From Squalus acanthias (Eukaryota): a DNA stretch of 64,000 nt. Positions 26,125 to 37,950 of the stretch are shown one piece after another. The translations under genes and the position numbers were made by a program. The stretch lies in assembly GCA_030390025.1 (NCBI GenBank), contig CM059432.1:106518001-106582000 (forward strand), read 5' to 3'. Under the pieces are notes generated by a model that did not search any database, was not told the DNA's origin, and saw only the letters and a program-made list of their open reading frames with translations. The first letter of the stretch is position 1; the number at the start of each line of letters is the position of its first letter.

Positions 26125-28063
26125 ATCACATTATTGGTGTGAGCACAGCTGGCTAATATTTTAAAGTTTTCTATTTCGAAAATATAGCACTAAAACTGTG
26201 AGGCTCTGCTTGCAGTGTGGTTTGAGTTTCTGGCCATACACAGGCCAGCATAAGCCGCTTTGTAAAGGAGGGGTAATGCTAATGAGGCCCCACGTTGAAT
26301 GAACATTGTGTGGGAGAGCTCTGCCCCGGCTCTCCCTGTGCCATACAAATGGGTGAATTAGTAAGTCAACAAATTGACATGCTTTAGCTGTATTCTCAAA
26401 ACTACCTTTTTGTTCTGAATGTCCATTGAAAAGTTGTTCGTTTTGATTTAATTGCATTTTTCTCCCCACAGCAGGCAATTTTAATATGGAGGCCTGTACT
26501 TTTGCATACTTTTAGTTTCTCTATTGATCTTGCACTACGATTGATAGCTACTCCATAGGAACCAGCGGCAAGCAAAGTGAATGGGATCTCGTTTGGGGAT
26601 TCCTATTGTGCTGCACAATTTAAATGAGGAAGATCAGTTCCTAAGGGGCAGCAAATGCAGATGTCACAATATCTGAGGCTTTATGTACATTCCTGTCACT
26701 ACCCTAGACATCCACATTTGCAGGACCCTGATGCTCCTACCTGTGACTGTTAAGAGACCTGGCTTTACCACCGATGTTTCACTAGAGAGGTTGTCACTGA
26801 ACTATGCCATCCGCTCCACACTGACCTGCAGACAACCTCCAGCACTTCCCATAGCTTTGAAGGATACCACATGCTGCTGGACTCTTCCAAATCACTACAG
26901 GGGACATCGACCAGATCAGACAAGATGCAGTCCATTGATGTATCAAGTAAGTGACAGACACTGATTACTAGATTCAACACATTCACCACTTTCTCTGTGG
27001 AAAGGATGCAGCAGCTGAACAGGACACAGAATTTTCACCAATGGCAGGATTCTGAAGGAATGGATGAAATTCAGGTCCAGCCAGGAAGATTAGTGTGGCA
27101 AGCACTCATTGATAATTGCTTTCAGTAATTTCCAGATGAATCTCTTGCACAAACACTATACATTGTACACAAAAATATCATCCTGAACATTTCCCTTATT
27201 ATAGATTTACTGCCATCACACTATCCATTGTAATATTAACATGGTCTTTCCCAACAGAAGCACTGCCCACTAAGGAGAAATAAAGTGCTGCAAATTTATC
27301 AAGTGATATTTACATTTTGAGGTGAATCTATCCCCAATGACTGTGTTTCCTTTTGAGTTTTCCTTTTAGCTTCTAATCTAGTGGTATACCTCAGTACTCA
27401 CTAAGTACGTGTGCTGGCAGGCTGCAATGCTTCTGTGGGATCCTTCAGAGATAGAGGTGGTGTTGTACCACTGGGCGCAGAGTCATCAGATGTCTCTGCT
27501 GCTGCTCGAGACACATCTGAGAAGGCAGTGACTGCCAGCACCTGCCCATTAACTGGCACATCATCATTCCTTTGAGGAAACTCGGTGGTTTGGCCAGATG
27601 AATGGTCAGCCTGACAGGACGGAGCTTCACTTGCTCCTTCTTCTGCTATGTCCCAAGTGCTGGATGATTTGCAATTTGCAGGAGAACAGTGTCGGATAAG
27701 ATTGAGATGTGTGAATCTCCTCAGCGTGGCTCACTTCAGTCAAACCCGAAGCCTGTCAAGTCCAGCTGTCAGATTCCTGTAGGTTGGAGCCCAATATCTC
27801 AATTGCCTAAGTTTCTCTGTCCTTGAGGGCTCCATTACAGATGCCAGTGAAGTAGCCACTGCTCCATTGCGCCCTACAATTGTGAAAATCTTTTGCACAT
27901 TAGTGCAGTGAAGTTACAGCTGTACAGCTGTACATTCTTTGACAACCCCTGCAAGGTGTTCAGTGTTGTGTCAAGGATGTCTTGAGGGTCTGACTGCAGG
28001 CCCAGTAGTGTACCAATCCCATGCCCATGTAGCTGAGAAAATGCTTGAGTCAAAAGCCTAGGT

Positions 28064-28325
28064 TGTGGCGGATCGCCACCTAAAACGGGTATAATCCACA
28101 CTTCCGTCTTTGGACAAATTTCCAGCACCTTCCCCTTTAAGGCACCTTACCTTTAAGGCAGAAGGGGGCAGGGCCTCAGGTTTTACCCAGAGAATTCTGG
28201 GGTTTTTTCCAGAGAATTCTGGGAGCAGCTTTCTCAGCCATTTTGTGTGCCATGCAGTGAATAAAAGTTTCTTGTTTTCCACATATGAATTCAGCCTCCA
28301 TTTGTGTTTCGCGGCAGCCTTAACA
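28064..28325 (+). mobile_element. 5' LTR of a Gypsy (Mag-type) retrotransposon
   Basis: TG...CA termini; AATAAA at 28260-28265; directly followed by a PBS and gag. Confidence 0.8.
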
Positions 28326-28326
28326 T

Positions 28327-28340
28327 TGGTGACCCCGACG
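28327..28340 (+). promoter_or_regulatory. Primer-binding site complementary to tRNA-Trp 3' end
   Basis: TGGTGACCCCGACG one base after the LTR CA. Confidence 0.85.
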
Positions 28341-28360
28341 CTCAGAACGTATTCCGAGCA

Positions 28361-29170
28361 ATGGCGGACACGAACGCAGTTTCCGTGAAACTGCCGGAGT
28401 TTTGGGAAAACCAGCCCGAAGCCTGGTTTCTCCAAGCTGAATCTCGCTTCCGGCTGCGAAATATCACCACAGATGGGACGAAGTACGACTATCTCGTCAC
28501 ATCACTCAGTAGCGCCACAGTTTCCAAGGTTTGGACAACGCTGCAGAACCCACCAGAGGAAGGCAAGTACGCACACCTCAGGACAGCACTCCTTAAAAAA
28601 TTTACGGCCTCGGCATATCAGCGAAACTGCCACCTCCTCGACCTTCCAGGCCTCGGTGATGCCTCACCGTCAGACCTCCTTTCCCACATGCTCTCCCTCA
28701 CCGATGAGAGCCCACCCGGATCCCTCTTCCGCACGCTGTTCATCCGCCAGCTCCCTCTCAGCATCCGCCCAGCGATCGTGGCGTCCGGCCTCACGAACCT
28801 GGAAGCCCTGGCCGATGAGGCCGACAAGCTGCTGTCTGCTCACTCCAGCCGCGATGTCACTCTGGACCTGGCAGCCAATGCCTGGGCGCGCCCCTCACCA
28901 TCCAGCACGCGGCCACAAGGGCCTGGCCATGTGATCCCAGGGACACTGACGAACCACATATGCCCCTGGGATACGTGGGCCTTTACGCAGCCGTATGCCT
29001 GCAGGGCCAGGACCGCAAGAGTCCGAAGATACGGAGGCACCAGGTCGGTGCGTACTTTTCCTGGGCGGTTCGGAGGCATTCGCCCGCGGGAAGCCTCTGA
29101 CTGCAATTTCAGGTCCAAATTGTGTGCTGTACTACAGTCGTGTAATGTATGTATCTTTGTTACTGAGTGA
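28361..29170 (+). CDS. Gypsy/Mag-type Gag, open reading frame; no pol or 3' LTR follows
   Basis: N-terminus AVSVKLPEFWENQPEAWFLQAESRFRLRNIT and LFIRQLP typical of Mag-lineage Gag; the stop lies in flanking sequence. Confidence 0.8.
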   Translation: MADTNAVSVKLPEFWENQPEAWFLQAESRFRLRNITTDGTKYDYLVTSLSSATVSKVWTTLQNPPEEGKYAHLRTALLKKFTASAYQRNCHLLDLPGLGDASPSDLLSHMLSLTDESPPGSLFRTLFIRQLPLSIRPAIVASGLTNLEALADEADKLLSAHSSRDVTLDLAANAWARPSPSSTRPQGPGHVIPGTLTNHICPWDTWAFTQPYACRARTARVRRYGGTRSVRTFPGRFGGIRPREASDCNFRSKLCAVLQSCNVCIFVTE

Positions 29171-29619
29171 GATAGTTAGTGAGGATAACTGATAAAAGGA
29201 GGATAATTATCTCCACAGTCTTCTTCACTTATTTCTGCCAAAAATGCTGAGGGCCAACTCCTTCAAATGAGCAGGTCCTCTACTGGTACACATGCGCTCA
29301 CAGTGGTTGTGCTCACAATACATCCATAGGTTAGAAATTAGCAGAACAACCAGACAACTTCCCCTGTGGCCAATGTACTTGCTTCCATGAGTGAGTGTAA
29401 TCCAGTGCAGCAGGCATGTGGCTTCTCGTGGCAGGGCAGGTTCACATCACATCTTTCGATATCCATGTGTAACAGTACAAGCTTATTTTGGCCGTCCAAA
29501 AATTGTACCCTGGAGTTTTTCACCAATGTGTGGCAACAGGGAAGGTATGGTGCCTTGGGTTATTGTTAAAATGTTAGGTTATTAAGTTTCCTTTTGTATT
29601 TACCTCACATAAAATGTAT

Positions 29620-30384
29620 TAATTTGCAGCACTTCCCCGTGTTGCCCATTCTTGTGTGCTGAGTGGCAATTTGCCTTTTCAGTTGCTTGGTAATTAATGT
29701 AAAGACATCAATTGACAGGACCAATTGGGGGATGTGCAATGGGTGTGTGGTTGGTTAGAGGACTGCTTTGTGTGATTTTTTTTGGGGGGGGGCGGGGTGC
29801 TGGTGTCTAGACGATATGATTGTTGCAGTGTGAGTGACTAACTGAACCTTACAGCTATAACGGAATCCCTGGTATCCTGAGCAGCAATGTGAGCGGCTGG
29901 TATGGCCTTGGGGGGCGCCATCTTCATCTTCTGCCTCCTCCTCGTCCCCGTCCTTGTCTTCCTCCTCTTCATTGGAATTGTCATCAGATGTGTCAATCTG
30001 AGCCTCTGGAAGCACTGCTCTTCAGTGAAGTCAAGGAAGCCGATTCTCTGTCCGTACACCCTGTTAGGTGGGTAGTGCCTTCTCCGAACTCGGCCCCTGT
30101 GCTGCTCCCCTCTCTGTCACCCATCCTGATGTTCTCTGTGTGAACACCTCCAAACTTTACCGATACGTCTGTCACCACAAGAACTCTCAGCAACGAGCCT
30201 TTCTTAATATCGGGACACTTGCCCTTTAACTATCCTCACGAAGTGCCGCTCAATCTCGCCTCCGTTTTAACTGCCGAGTTTCCCGAGTCCCAGGAAACCC
30301 GTGCTGGAGGCCTTAAATTCCAATCACAGTCAAAATGTGAGGGAAGTACCTTCATTAACATATTCTAATGATGGACCCACCTCG
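29620..30384 (-). mobile_element. Harbinger deletion derivative
   Basis: Transposase N-terminus (RVYGQRIGFLDFTEEQCFQRLRL) joined at ~29990 to the acidic C-terminus (HIAAQDTRDSVIAVRFS), homologous to 16010-17224. Confidence 0.75.
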
Positions 30385-30618
30385 CAACATAAGAACATAA
30401 GAAATAGGAGCAGGAGTAGGCCAATCGGCCCCTCGAGCCTGCTCCGCCATTCAATAAGATCATGGCTGATCTGATCCTAACCGCCAATCTACTATCTATC
30501 ACAGAACCATCTCCTGCATCTAACAGAATTGCACACACGAAATAGGAGCAGAATCAGGCTACACAGTCCCTGGGCCCGCTCCACTACCCACAGGGCCATG
30601 ACCGATCCGAACCTAGAC

Positions 30619-33570
30619 TCATGTCCAAATTCCTGCCCGCTCCCCGTAACCCTTAATGCCCTTTACTTCTAGGAAACTGTCTATTTCTGTTTTAAATTTA
30701 ATTAATGTTGTAGCTTCTACAGCTTTTTGTGGCAGCATATTCCATGGACCTACCACCCTCTGAGTGAAGTAGTTCCTCCTCATCTCAGTTTTGAAAGAGC
30801 AGCCCCTTATTCTAAGACTATGTCCCCTAGTTCTCGTCTCACCCGTCATCGGGAACATCCTCCCCGCATCCACCCGATCCAACCCCTTCACAATCTTATA
30901 TGTTTCAATAAGATCGTCTCTCATTCTTCTGAACTCCAATGAGTAGAGTCCCAATCTACCCAACCTCTCCTCATATGACCACCCCCTCATCCCCGGGATT
31001 AACCGAGTGAACCTTTTTTGCACTGCCTCGAGAGCAAGGATGTCTTTCCTTAAGTAAGGACACCAAAACTGTATGCAGTATTCCAGGTGCGGTCTCACCA
31101 ATACCTTGTACAACTGAAGCAATACCTCCCTATTTTTATATTCTATCCCCCTAGCAATGAAAGCCAACATTCCATTTGCCTTCTTAATCACTTGCTGCAC
31201 CTGCATACTAACCTTTTGAGTTTCGTGCACCAGGACCCCCAGATCCCTTTGCACTTCAGTACTCTCCAGTTTCTTGCCATTAAGATAATAAATTGCTCTA
31301 GGATTTTTCCTGCCAAAGTGCATCACCTCACACTTTCCAGTGTTGTATTCCATCTGCCAAATCTCTGCCCACTTACTTAGCCTGTCTATGTCCCCTTGCA
31401 GGTTTTTTATGTCCTCCTCACTCACTACTTTCCCTCCCATCTTTGTATCATCTGCAAATTTTGATATGTTACACTTGGTCCCTTCCTCCAAATCGTTAAT
31501 ATAGATTGTGAAGAGTTGGGGACCCAGCACTGACCCCTGTGGAACACCACTAGTTACTGATTGCCAGTCTGAGAATGAACCATTTATCCCAACTCTTTGC
31601 TTTCTGTTAGATAGCCAATCCTCTATCCATGCCAGAATATTACCCCCAATCCCGTGATTTTTTACCTTAAGCAATAATCTTTTGTGTGGCACCTTGTCAA
31701 ATGCCTTTTGGAAGTCTAAATACACTACGTCCACTGGTTCCCCTTTATCCACTCTATATGTTACTTCCTCAAAGAACTCCAGCAAATTTGTCAAACATGA
31801 CTTCCCCTTCGTAAAACCATGCTGACTTTGTCCTATTAAATTATGATTATCCAAATGTCCTGTTACTGTTTCCTTAATAATGGACTCCAAAATTTTACCT
31901 ACCACAGATGTTAGGCTAACCGGTCTATAGTTACCAGCCTTCTGTCTACTGCCCTTTTTAAATAAGGGTGTTACATTAGCAGTTTTCCAGTCTGCCGGGA
32001 CCTTAGCGGAATCCAGGGAGTTTTGAAAAATTATTACCAATGCATCTACAATACCTACCGCCACTTCCTTCAAGACTCTAGGATGTAAGCCATCAGGTCC
32101 AGGTGATTTATCCGCCTTGAGTCCCATTATTTTACCGAGTACCACTTCCTTAGTGATTTTGATCGTGTTTAGCTCCTCTCCCCCTATAGCCCCCTGTTTG
32201 TCCAGTGTTGGGATATTCTTAGTGTCCTCTACTGTAAAGACTGATACAAAATATTCATTCAGTGTTTTTGCCATCTCCATATTTCCCACCATTAATTTCC
32301 CGGTCTCATCCTCTAAGGGACCAACATTTACTTTAGCCACCCTTTTTCTTTTTATATAACTATAAAAACTCTTACTATCTGTTTTTATATTTTTTGCTAA
32401 TTTACTTTCATAATCTATCTTCCCTTTCTTAATCAATCTTTTTGTTATTTTTTGCTGCCTTTTAAAGTTTTCCCAATCCTCTGTCCTCCCACTAGATTTC
32501 GCTACCTTATATGCCCTTGTTTTTAGTCGAATACTATCCTTAATTTCTTTACTTAGCCACGGATGACTGTCCTTTCTTTTACACCCTTTTCTTTTCAGTG
32601 GAATATATTTTTTTTGGAAGTTGTAAAATAACTCCTTGAATGTACACCACTGATCATGTGTCGTCTTACCCTTTAATCTATTTTCCCAATCCACTCTACT
32701 CAATTCCGCTCGCATACCTTCATAGTCTCCTTTATTCAAGCTTAGCACGCTTGTTTGAGATCCAACCTTCTCACCCTCTAATTGAATATGGAATTCAACC
32801 ATGTTATGGTCACTCATTCCAAGGGGATCCTTTACTAGGACATTTTTAATTAATCCTGTCTCGTTACACAGGACCAGATCTAAGGTTGCTTGCCCCCTGG
32901 TCGGTTCAGTTACATACTGCTCAAGAAACCCATCCCTAATACACTCAATGAACTCATCCTCAAGGCAGCCCTGCCCCATTTGATTTGTCCAATTAATATG
33001 ATAGTTAAAATCCCCCATAATTATAGATGTTCCCTTATTACATGCCTCAACTATTTCCTGATTGATACTCCGTCCAATAGAGTTGCAACTGTTCGGAGGC
33101 CTATAGACTACGCCCACTAATGTTTTTTTCCCCTTATTATTCCTTATCTCCACCCAAACTGTTTCATTATCATGATTTTTTGACCCAATATCATTACTCT
33201 GTATTACAGTGATTCCTTCCTTTATTAACATAGCCACCCCACCTCCCCTTCCTTCCTGCCTGTCCTTCCTGATCGTTAAATAACCTGGTATGTTTAATTC
33301 CCAGGCATTGTCACCCTGCAGCCATGTTTCTGTAATGGCCACAATATCATAACCATATGTAGTTATTTGTGCCATTAACTCGTCTATTTTGTTACGAATG
33401 CTACGTGCATTCAGATAGAGAACTTTCAAATATGCTTTGTGGCACTTAGTTCCTGCTTTTTCACTTTTTACCAGTTTACCTTTTACTCCACACACTCTGT
33501 CCCTTCCTGCCACGCTCTGATTTGTGATTCCCCTACTGCTACCTATGTCTATGACCCTCTCTGTTGTCAT
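30619..33570 (-). CDS. CR1 ORF2: APE endonuclease plus reverse transcriptase (983 aa)
   Basis: YLNARSIRNK, ITETWL, YRPP, MGDFN, SDH; YLDFQKAFDKV, GVPQGSVLGP, FADDTK; uninterrupted. Confidence 0.95.
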   Translation of the reverse strand: MTTERVIDIGSSRGITNQSVAGRDRVCGVKGKLVKSEKAGTKCHKAYLKVLYLNARSIRNKIDELMAQITTYGYDIVAITETWLQGDNAWELNIPGYLTIRKDRQEGRGGGVAMLIKEGITVIQSNDIGSKNHDNETVWVEIRNNKGKKTLVGVVYRPPNSCNSIGRSINQEIVEACNKGTSIIMGDFNYHINWTNQMGQGCLEDEFIECIRDGFLEQYVTEPTRGQATLDLVLCNETGLIKNVLVKDPLGMSDHNMVEFHIQLEGEKVGSQTSVLSLNKGDYEGMRAELSRVDWENRLKGKTTHDQWCTFKELFYNFQKKYIPLKRKGCKRKDSHPWLSKEIKDSIRLKTRAYKVAKSSGRTEDWENFKRQQKITKRLIKKGKIDYESKLAKNIKTDSKSFYSYIKRKRVAKVNVGPLEDETGKLMVGNMEMAKTLNEYFVSVFTVEDTKNIPTLDKQGAIGGEELNTIKITKEVVLGKIMGLKADKSPGPDGLHPRVLKEVAVGIVDALVIIFQNSLDSAKVPADWKTANVTPLFKKGSRQKAGNYRPVSLTSVVGKILESIIKETVTGHLDNHNLIGQSQHGFTKGKSCLTNLLEFFEEVTYRVDKGEPVDVVYLDFQKAFDKVPHKRLLLKVKNHGIGGNILAWIEDWLSNRKQRVGINGSFSDWQSVTSGVPQGSVLGPQLFTIYINDLEEGTKCNISKFADDTKMGGKVVSEEDIKNLQGDIDRLSKWAEIWQMEYNTGKCEVMHFGRKNPRAIYYLNGKKLESTEVQRDLGVLVHETQKVSMQVQQVIKKANGMLAFIARGIEYKNREVLLQLYKVLVRPHLEYCIQFWCPYLRKDILALEAVQKRFTRLIPGMRGWSYEERLGRLGLYSLEFRRMRDDLIETYKIVKGLDRVDAGRMFPMTGETRTRGHSLRIRGCSFKTEMRRNYFTQRVVGPWNMLPQKAVEATTLIKFKTEIDSFLEVKGIKGYGERAGIWT

Positions 33571-33608
33571 TTTTATTTTTTGCTCTCTTGAAACCTCCCC
33601 CCCACTAA

Positions 33609-34565
33609 TTAGTTTAAAGCCCTCTCCACAGCCCTAGTTATTCGATTCGCCAGGACACTAGTCCCAGCACTGGCCAAGTGAAGTCCGTCCCAACGGAACA
33701 GCTCTCTCCTGCCCCAGTACTGGTGCCAGTGTCCCAAGAAGCAAAACCCATTTTTCCCACACCAGTCTTTGAGCCACGCATTCAACTCCCTGATTTTATT
33801 TACCCTAGCCAAATTTGCTCGTGGCTCAGGTAGTAATCCAGAGATTATTACCCTCGAGGTTCTGCTTTTTAATTTGGCCCCTAGCTGCTCAAACTCCCTC
33901 AGCAGAACCTCTTTCCTTGTCCTATCTATGTCATTGGTACCAACATGGACCACGACAACTGGATCCTCCCCCTCCCACTCCAAGTTTCTCTCCAGCCCAG
34001 AGGAGATGTCCTTAACCCTGGCACCGGGCAGGCAACACAGCCTTCGGGACTCTCGCTCTTGGCTGCAAAGAACCCTATCTATCCCCCTAATGATACTATC
34101 CCCTACCACTACAACATTTCTTTTTACTCCCCCCACTTGAATGGCCCCCCTTACCACGGTGCTGTGGCCAGGTTGCTCATCCTCCCTGCAGTCCCCGCTC
34201 CTATCCACACAGGGAGTAAGAGCGTCGAACCTGTTGGACAAGAGCAAGGGCTGCGGCTCCTCCAACACTACCTCCTGGATCCCTGTACCTGCCTCACTCG
34301 TAGTCACACCTTCCTGTCCCTGACCACGGGCTACTTCTGAATTAGTTACTCTAATTGGTGTGACTACCTCCTGAAACACGGAGTCCAGGTAACTCTCCCC
34401 CTCCCTGATGTGTCGCAGTGTTTGAAGCTCGGACTCCAGCTCATCAACACGGAGCCGGAGTTCCTCGAGCAGCCAACACTTACTGCAAATGTGTTCACCG
34501 TGAACATCAATGGTGTCCACCAGCTCCCACATATTGCAGCAGTAACACATCACCTGCTCTCCCAT
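33609..34565 (-). CDS. CR1 ORF1: zinc finger/leucine zipper plus SGNH esterase (318 aa)
   Basis: CYCC...CSKC; heptad LEELRLRVDELESELQTL; SGNH blocks GDSIIR, LPGA, HVGTND, DGLH. Confidence 0.92.
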   Translation of the reverse strand: MGEQVMCYCCNMWELVDTIDVHGEHICSKCWLLEELRLRVDELESELQTLRHIREGESYLDSVFQEVVTPIRVTNSEVARGQGQEGVTTSEAGTGIQEVVLEEPQPLLLSNRFDALTPCVDRSGDCREDEQPGHSTVVRGAIQVGGVKRNVVVVGDSIIRGIDRVLCSQERESRRLCCLPGARVKDISSGLERNLEWEGEDPVVVVHVGTNDIDRTRKEVLLREFEQLGAKLKSRTSRVIISGLLPEPRANLARVNKIRELNAWLKDWCGKNGFCFLGHWHQYWGRRELFRWDGLHLASAGTSVLANRITRAVERALN

Positions 34566-35555
34566 TCTATGTAATTAATTAAAAATGTATTATTTACCCT
34601 TCAGTTAATTTATGCCAGCAGTCTCTGCTACACCACAGATACCCGAGAAACAATAAAATTGAAGTTTTGTATAAAAAAAAAGAGAAATACTCACCAACCA
34701 ATCACTTACCTGCTTTCTGGTGACGTCACACTTCGATTATTTTTTACCTCTCTCCTGCTCTCGGCTTGGTGAAAGCCTACCTGGTCGCTGCCGCCGCCTC
34801 GCCGCTGTTGCTCCACCCAGGTCCGCCGCCTCTGTGGGCCTACCTGGTCGCTGCCGCCTTTTACCGCCGCCGCCTCGCCGCTGTTGCTCCACCCAGGTCC
34901 GCCGCCGCAAGGTCGGGTTCCTCGGCCGCGTTGGACTGCTTTCTCGTTCGAGTTTGTCTTGTTCCTTTAAACACTAGAGTACACACACATACAGTTGTAA
35001 CAATGTGGGATCAGGTCTTTATTGAGATACCGTACTCAGATACCCATATGAGTGCTACTATATAGTGATTCACCCACACTTATATAGCATTTTTACCTTC
35101 GATCACTACATTCCTTGCATGCCACCAATAAATCATAGTAAAACAAAGCTACATACAAGTAACAACAGAATAACAAAGATGAACCTAGTAAAAATGCACT
35201 TAACCCTTCTGATCTCGTCCAATCATTTTATTACCTTGGTTATATTGTCCCCATAAACTCTTCTGATCATTTTATTACCATGGTTATATTGTTCTCTTAA
35301 TCTGTGGTGATACATTTGACTTACTCATCAGAAAACTGTTTTAACTCATCATGTGCTGGTCCCACAGACTATCCAGGACATTGAGGTACTCAGGTAGTGT
35401 GGACTCTCATTCCATATTCAATATCATTCCTCTCCAAATCAAACCTCATCCCAAGCCAAACAACCTGATTTCATGCCACTGGCACTTTGAAACCCATTAC
35501 TTGGAGGTATGTCGTGAATCATCCAGTTTTCCCTTTCTCCTTGTGGTGAATTACA

Positions 35556-37950
35556 AACATACGAAATTGACCAGCTGATCTATCAAGACTGCCCCACACC
35601 ATGATAGCTGAACCATCATGGCTAAAGATTACTACCCTCCTCGCCCTGCAGCCATGTCATCTCCTGGGAGAGGCAAAAAAACAGAATAACCCAGGGCCAA
35701 AAAGGGAGAGAATACTTTGGAAAATTTCTCTCCGACCCCCTCAGGCCCAGCCCAGGAGATCACATGGTCCAAGTGTTCTCTATAAAGACACTTACCTTCT
35801 CCATGATGCCCCAGTCAGGAACCGGCCCAGCTCCCTCTTAAAGGCAGAGAGTCAGAACCCACCACACCAGCTGGCAACGTATTCCAGAGGCTCACTGCTC
35901 TCTGGGAAAAGAAGAACCGCCTAACATCCAGTCTATTCCTACTCTTACATAGGTTAAACTCGTGTCCCCTGGTCCTCCCCAATCTGGAATAATCTATCAA
36001 TAGGGACGCTATCCAGCCCTTTATTTTATAGACCTCTATCAGGTCACCTTTAAGTCTACGCTGATCTAAAGTAAATAGACGAAGGTCCTTGCACCTATCT
36101 GAGTAGCTGAGGATCCTTCAGCTAGGAATGATTTTTGTATCTCTCCTCTGGACCTTTTCCAAGGCCACTATATTACCCACCATGTGTGGGGACCAAAACT
36201 GGGCACAGTATTCCAGATGCTGTCTGACCAGTGACCTGTATAGTGTCAAAATGACATAATTTGATTTATACTGAATGGTTCTATTAATACAACCCAATAC
36301 CCTGTTCGCTTTCGTTACAGTTTCTCCACGTTGGTCATGAACCTTTAGTTATCTGTGCACAATAATACCGAGATCATTTTCTCTCTCAACCTCTTTCAGT
36401 ATTGTTCCCTGCAAATGATACATGTATTCTGTGTTGGCCCTACCAAAATGCATGACACCACATTTATCAAAATTAAACACCATTTGCCAATGCGTGGCCC
36501 ACTCCCCGAGTACATCCAAATCCTTTTGGATTTAATTACACTCCTCTACCAAGCTGAACCATATCTGTTAACTACAACGTTTTGGCTGCAGGACCGGAGC
36601 CAATTCCTAATCAACGTTTCAAATTCCTGCTAATACCACAAGATTCGATCTTGTGAAATAACCTAGTGCAAGGTACCTTATCAAAGGCTTTCTGAAAGTC
36701 CAGATCGAGAATGTCTGCTGGATTTCCCTCATCCACCACCCTAGTGACTTAATATCAAATTTGTTGGGCACAACCTATTTTTTCATAAGCCGTGTTATGA
36801 ATTTCTAATGGCCCCTTCCCTTTCCCATTAATTATAAAGTGCATCTCTTATGATCCCTTCTAGCATCTTACCAATAATGGATGTCAGGCTGATAGGCCTG
36901 TAGTTCCCTGGCTCTGATTTGTCCCCTTTTTTGAAAATAGGAACTACATGAGCTATCTTCCAGTCTAAAGGAACTATCCCTGACTCTATTGAACTATTGA
37001 AGATACTGCAAGGGGCTCACAGAGCACCTGACCCATCTCTTTAATCACCCTTGGATGAATATTATCTGGACCTGGAGTCCGATCAATTTTGAGCTTTCCT
37101 AATCTATCCAAGATGACATTACTATCTGTTTTAATATTAATAATTCTATTCAATACTGAGCACCCCTCATCTGGAGCATAAGCATCATCTACAGGAGTAT
37201 AGACTGATGTAAAATAGTCATTTAGCAACTCTGCCATAACCTGAGAATCAGTTTGAATGTGCCCTACTGTATGGTTTAGTGGCCATATACAATCCTTTAT
37301 GGTCTTTGACTTCTGAAATAGCTATAAAAGCTTTTTCTATTACTACCACAATTACGCACCATCTTCTTTTCCAGAGATCTCTTGGCTAATCCTATGGCTG
37401 TTTTATCTCCCTTAATTGCATGGGATACTTTTCCCTGTTCTCCTGTGAATTAAATGCCTTAAGTGTGTGGAATGCCTTAAGTGTGTGGAATGCCTTCTGT
37501 TTCAATTGAATTTTCCTCTGTACATTCCTCGTCAATCATAATGGTGTTGTTTTACCATGTGCAATTATTTTAACCATTAGGATTTACATGGCTTCATTCT
37601 GTTTGAGAATGGTTTTGAATAGAACCCATTTGTCCTCAGGTTGATTGCCTATTTAGTAAGGTTGTCCAGTCAACTTTTGCCAGATCTTCAGCCATTTTTG
37701 TAAAGTTAGCCCCCTTAAAATCTGGGACCAGCATTAGATTGACTGCAGCCTTGGATTGGCCAATAAGATTAAATCTAATTATATTATGATCAGAGCTGGC
37801 CAGGTGTTCCCCCATATGGAGGTTAGATACAGCACTAGGGTCACTGTTAAAAACCAGATTTAGAATTTGTTTATCCCTAGTTGCCTTACCAACATGCTTG
37901 TAAGGAAACAATCACTGATGGTGTCCACAAAAGTTTCAGCTACTCTTGAA
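35556..37950 (-). mobile_element. Older, degraded CR1 LINE (ORF2)
   Basis: Fragments RTRGHEFNL, TPGPDNIHPRVIKE and SDHNIIRFNL in the correct order, with many stops and deletions. Confidence 0.9.

Larger units (their letters stand above)
30386..34965 (-). mobile_element. Full-length, apparently intact CR1 LINE
   Basis: GC-rich 5' UTR, ORF1, 38-nt spacer, ORF2, 3' UTR ending in ttcttatg repeats; no TSD identified. Confidence 0.95.

Noticed and set aside
35213..35295. ~44-bp tandem duplication (also an 18-bp duplication near 37455)
   Set aside because: Ordinary local slippage with no sign of function.
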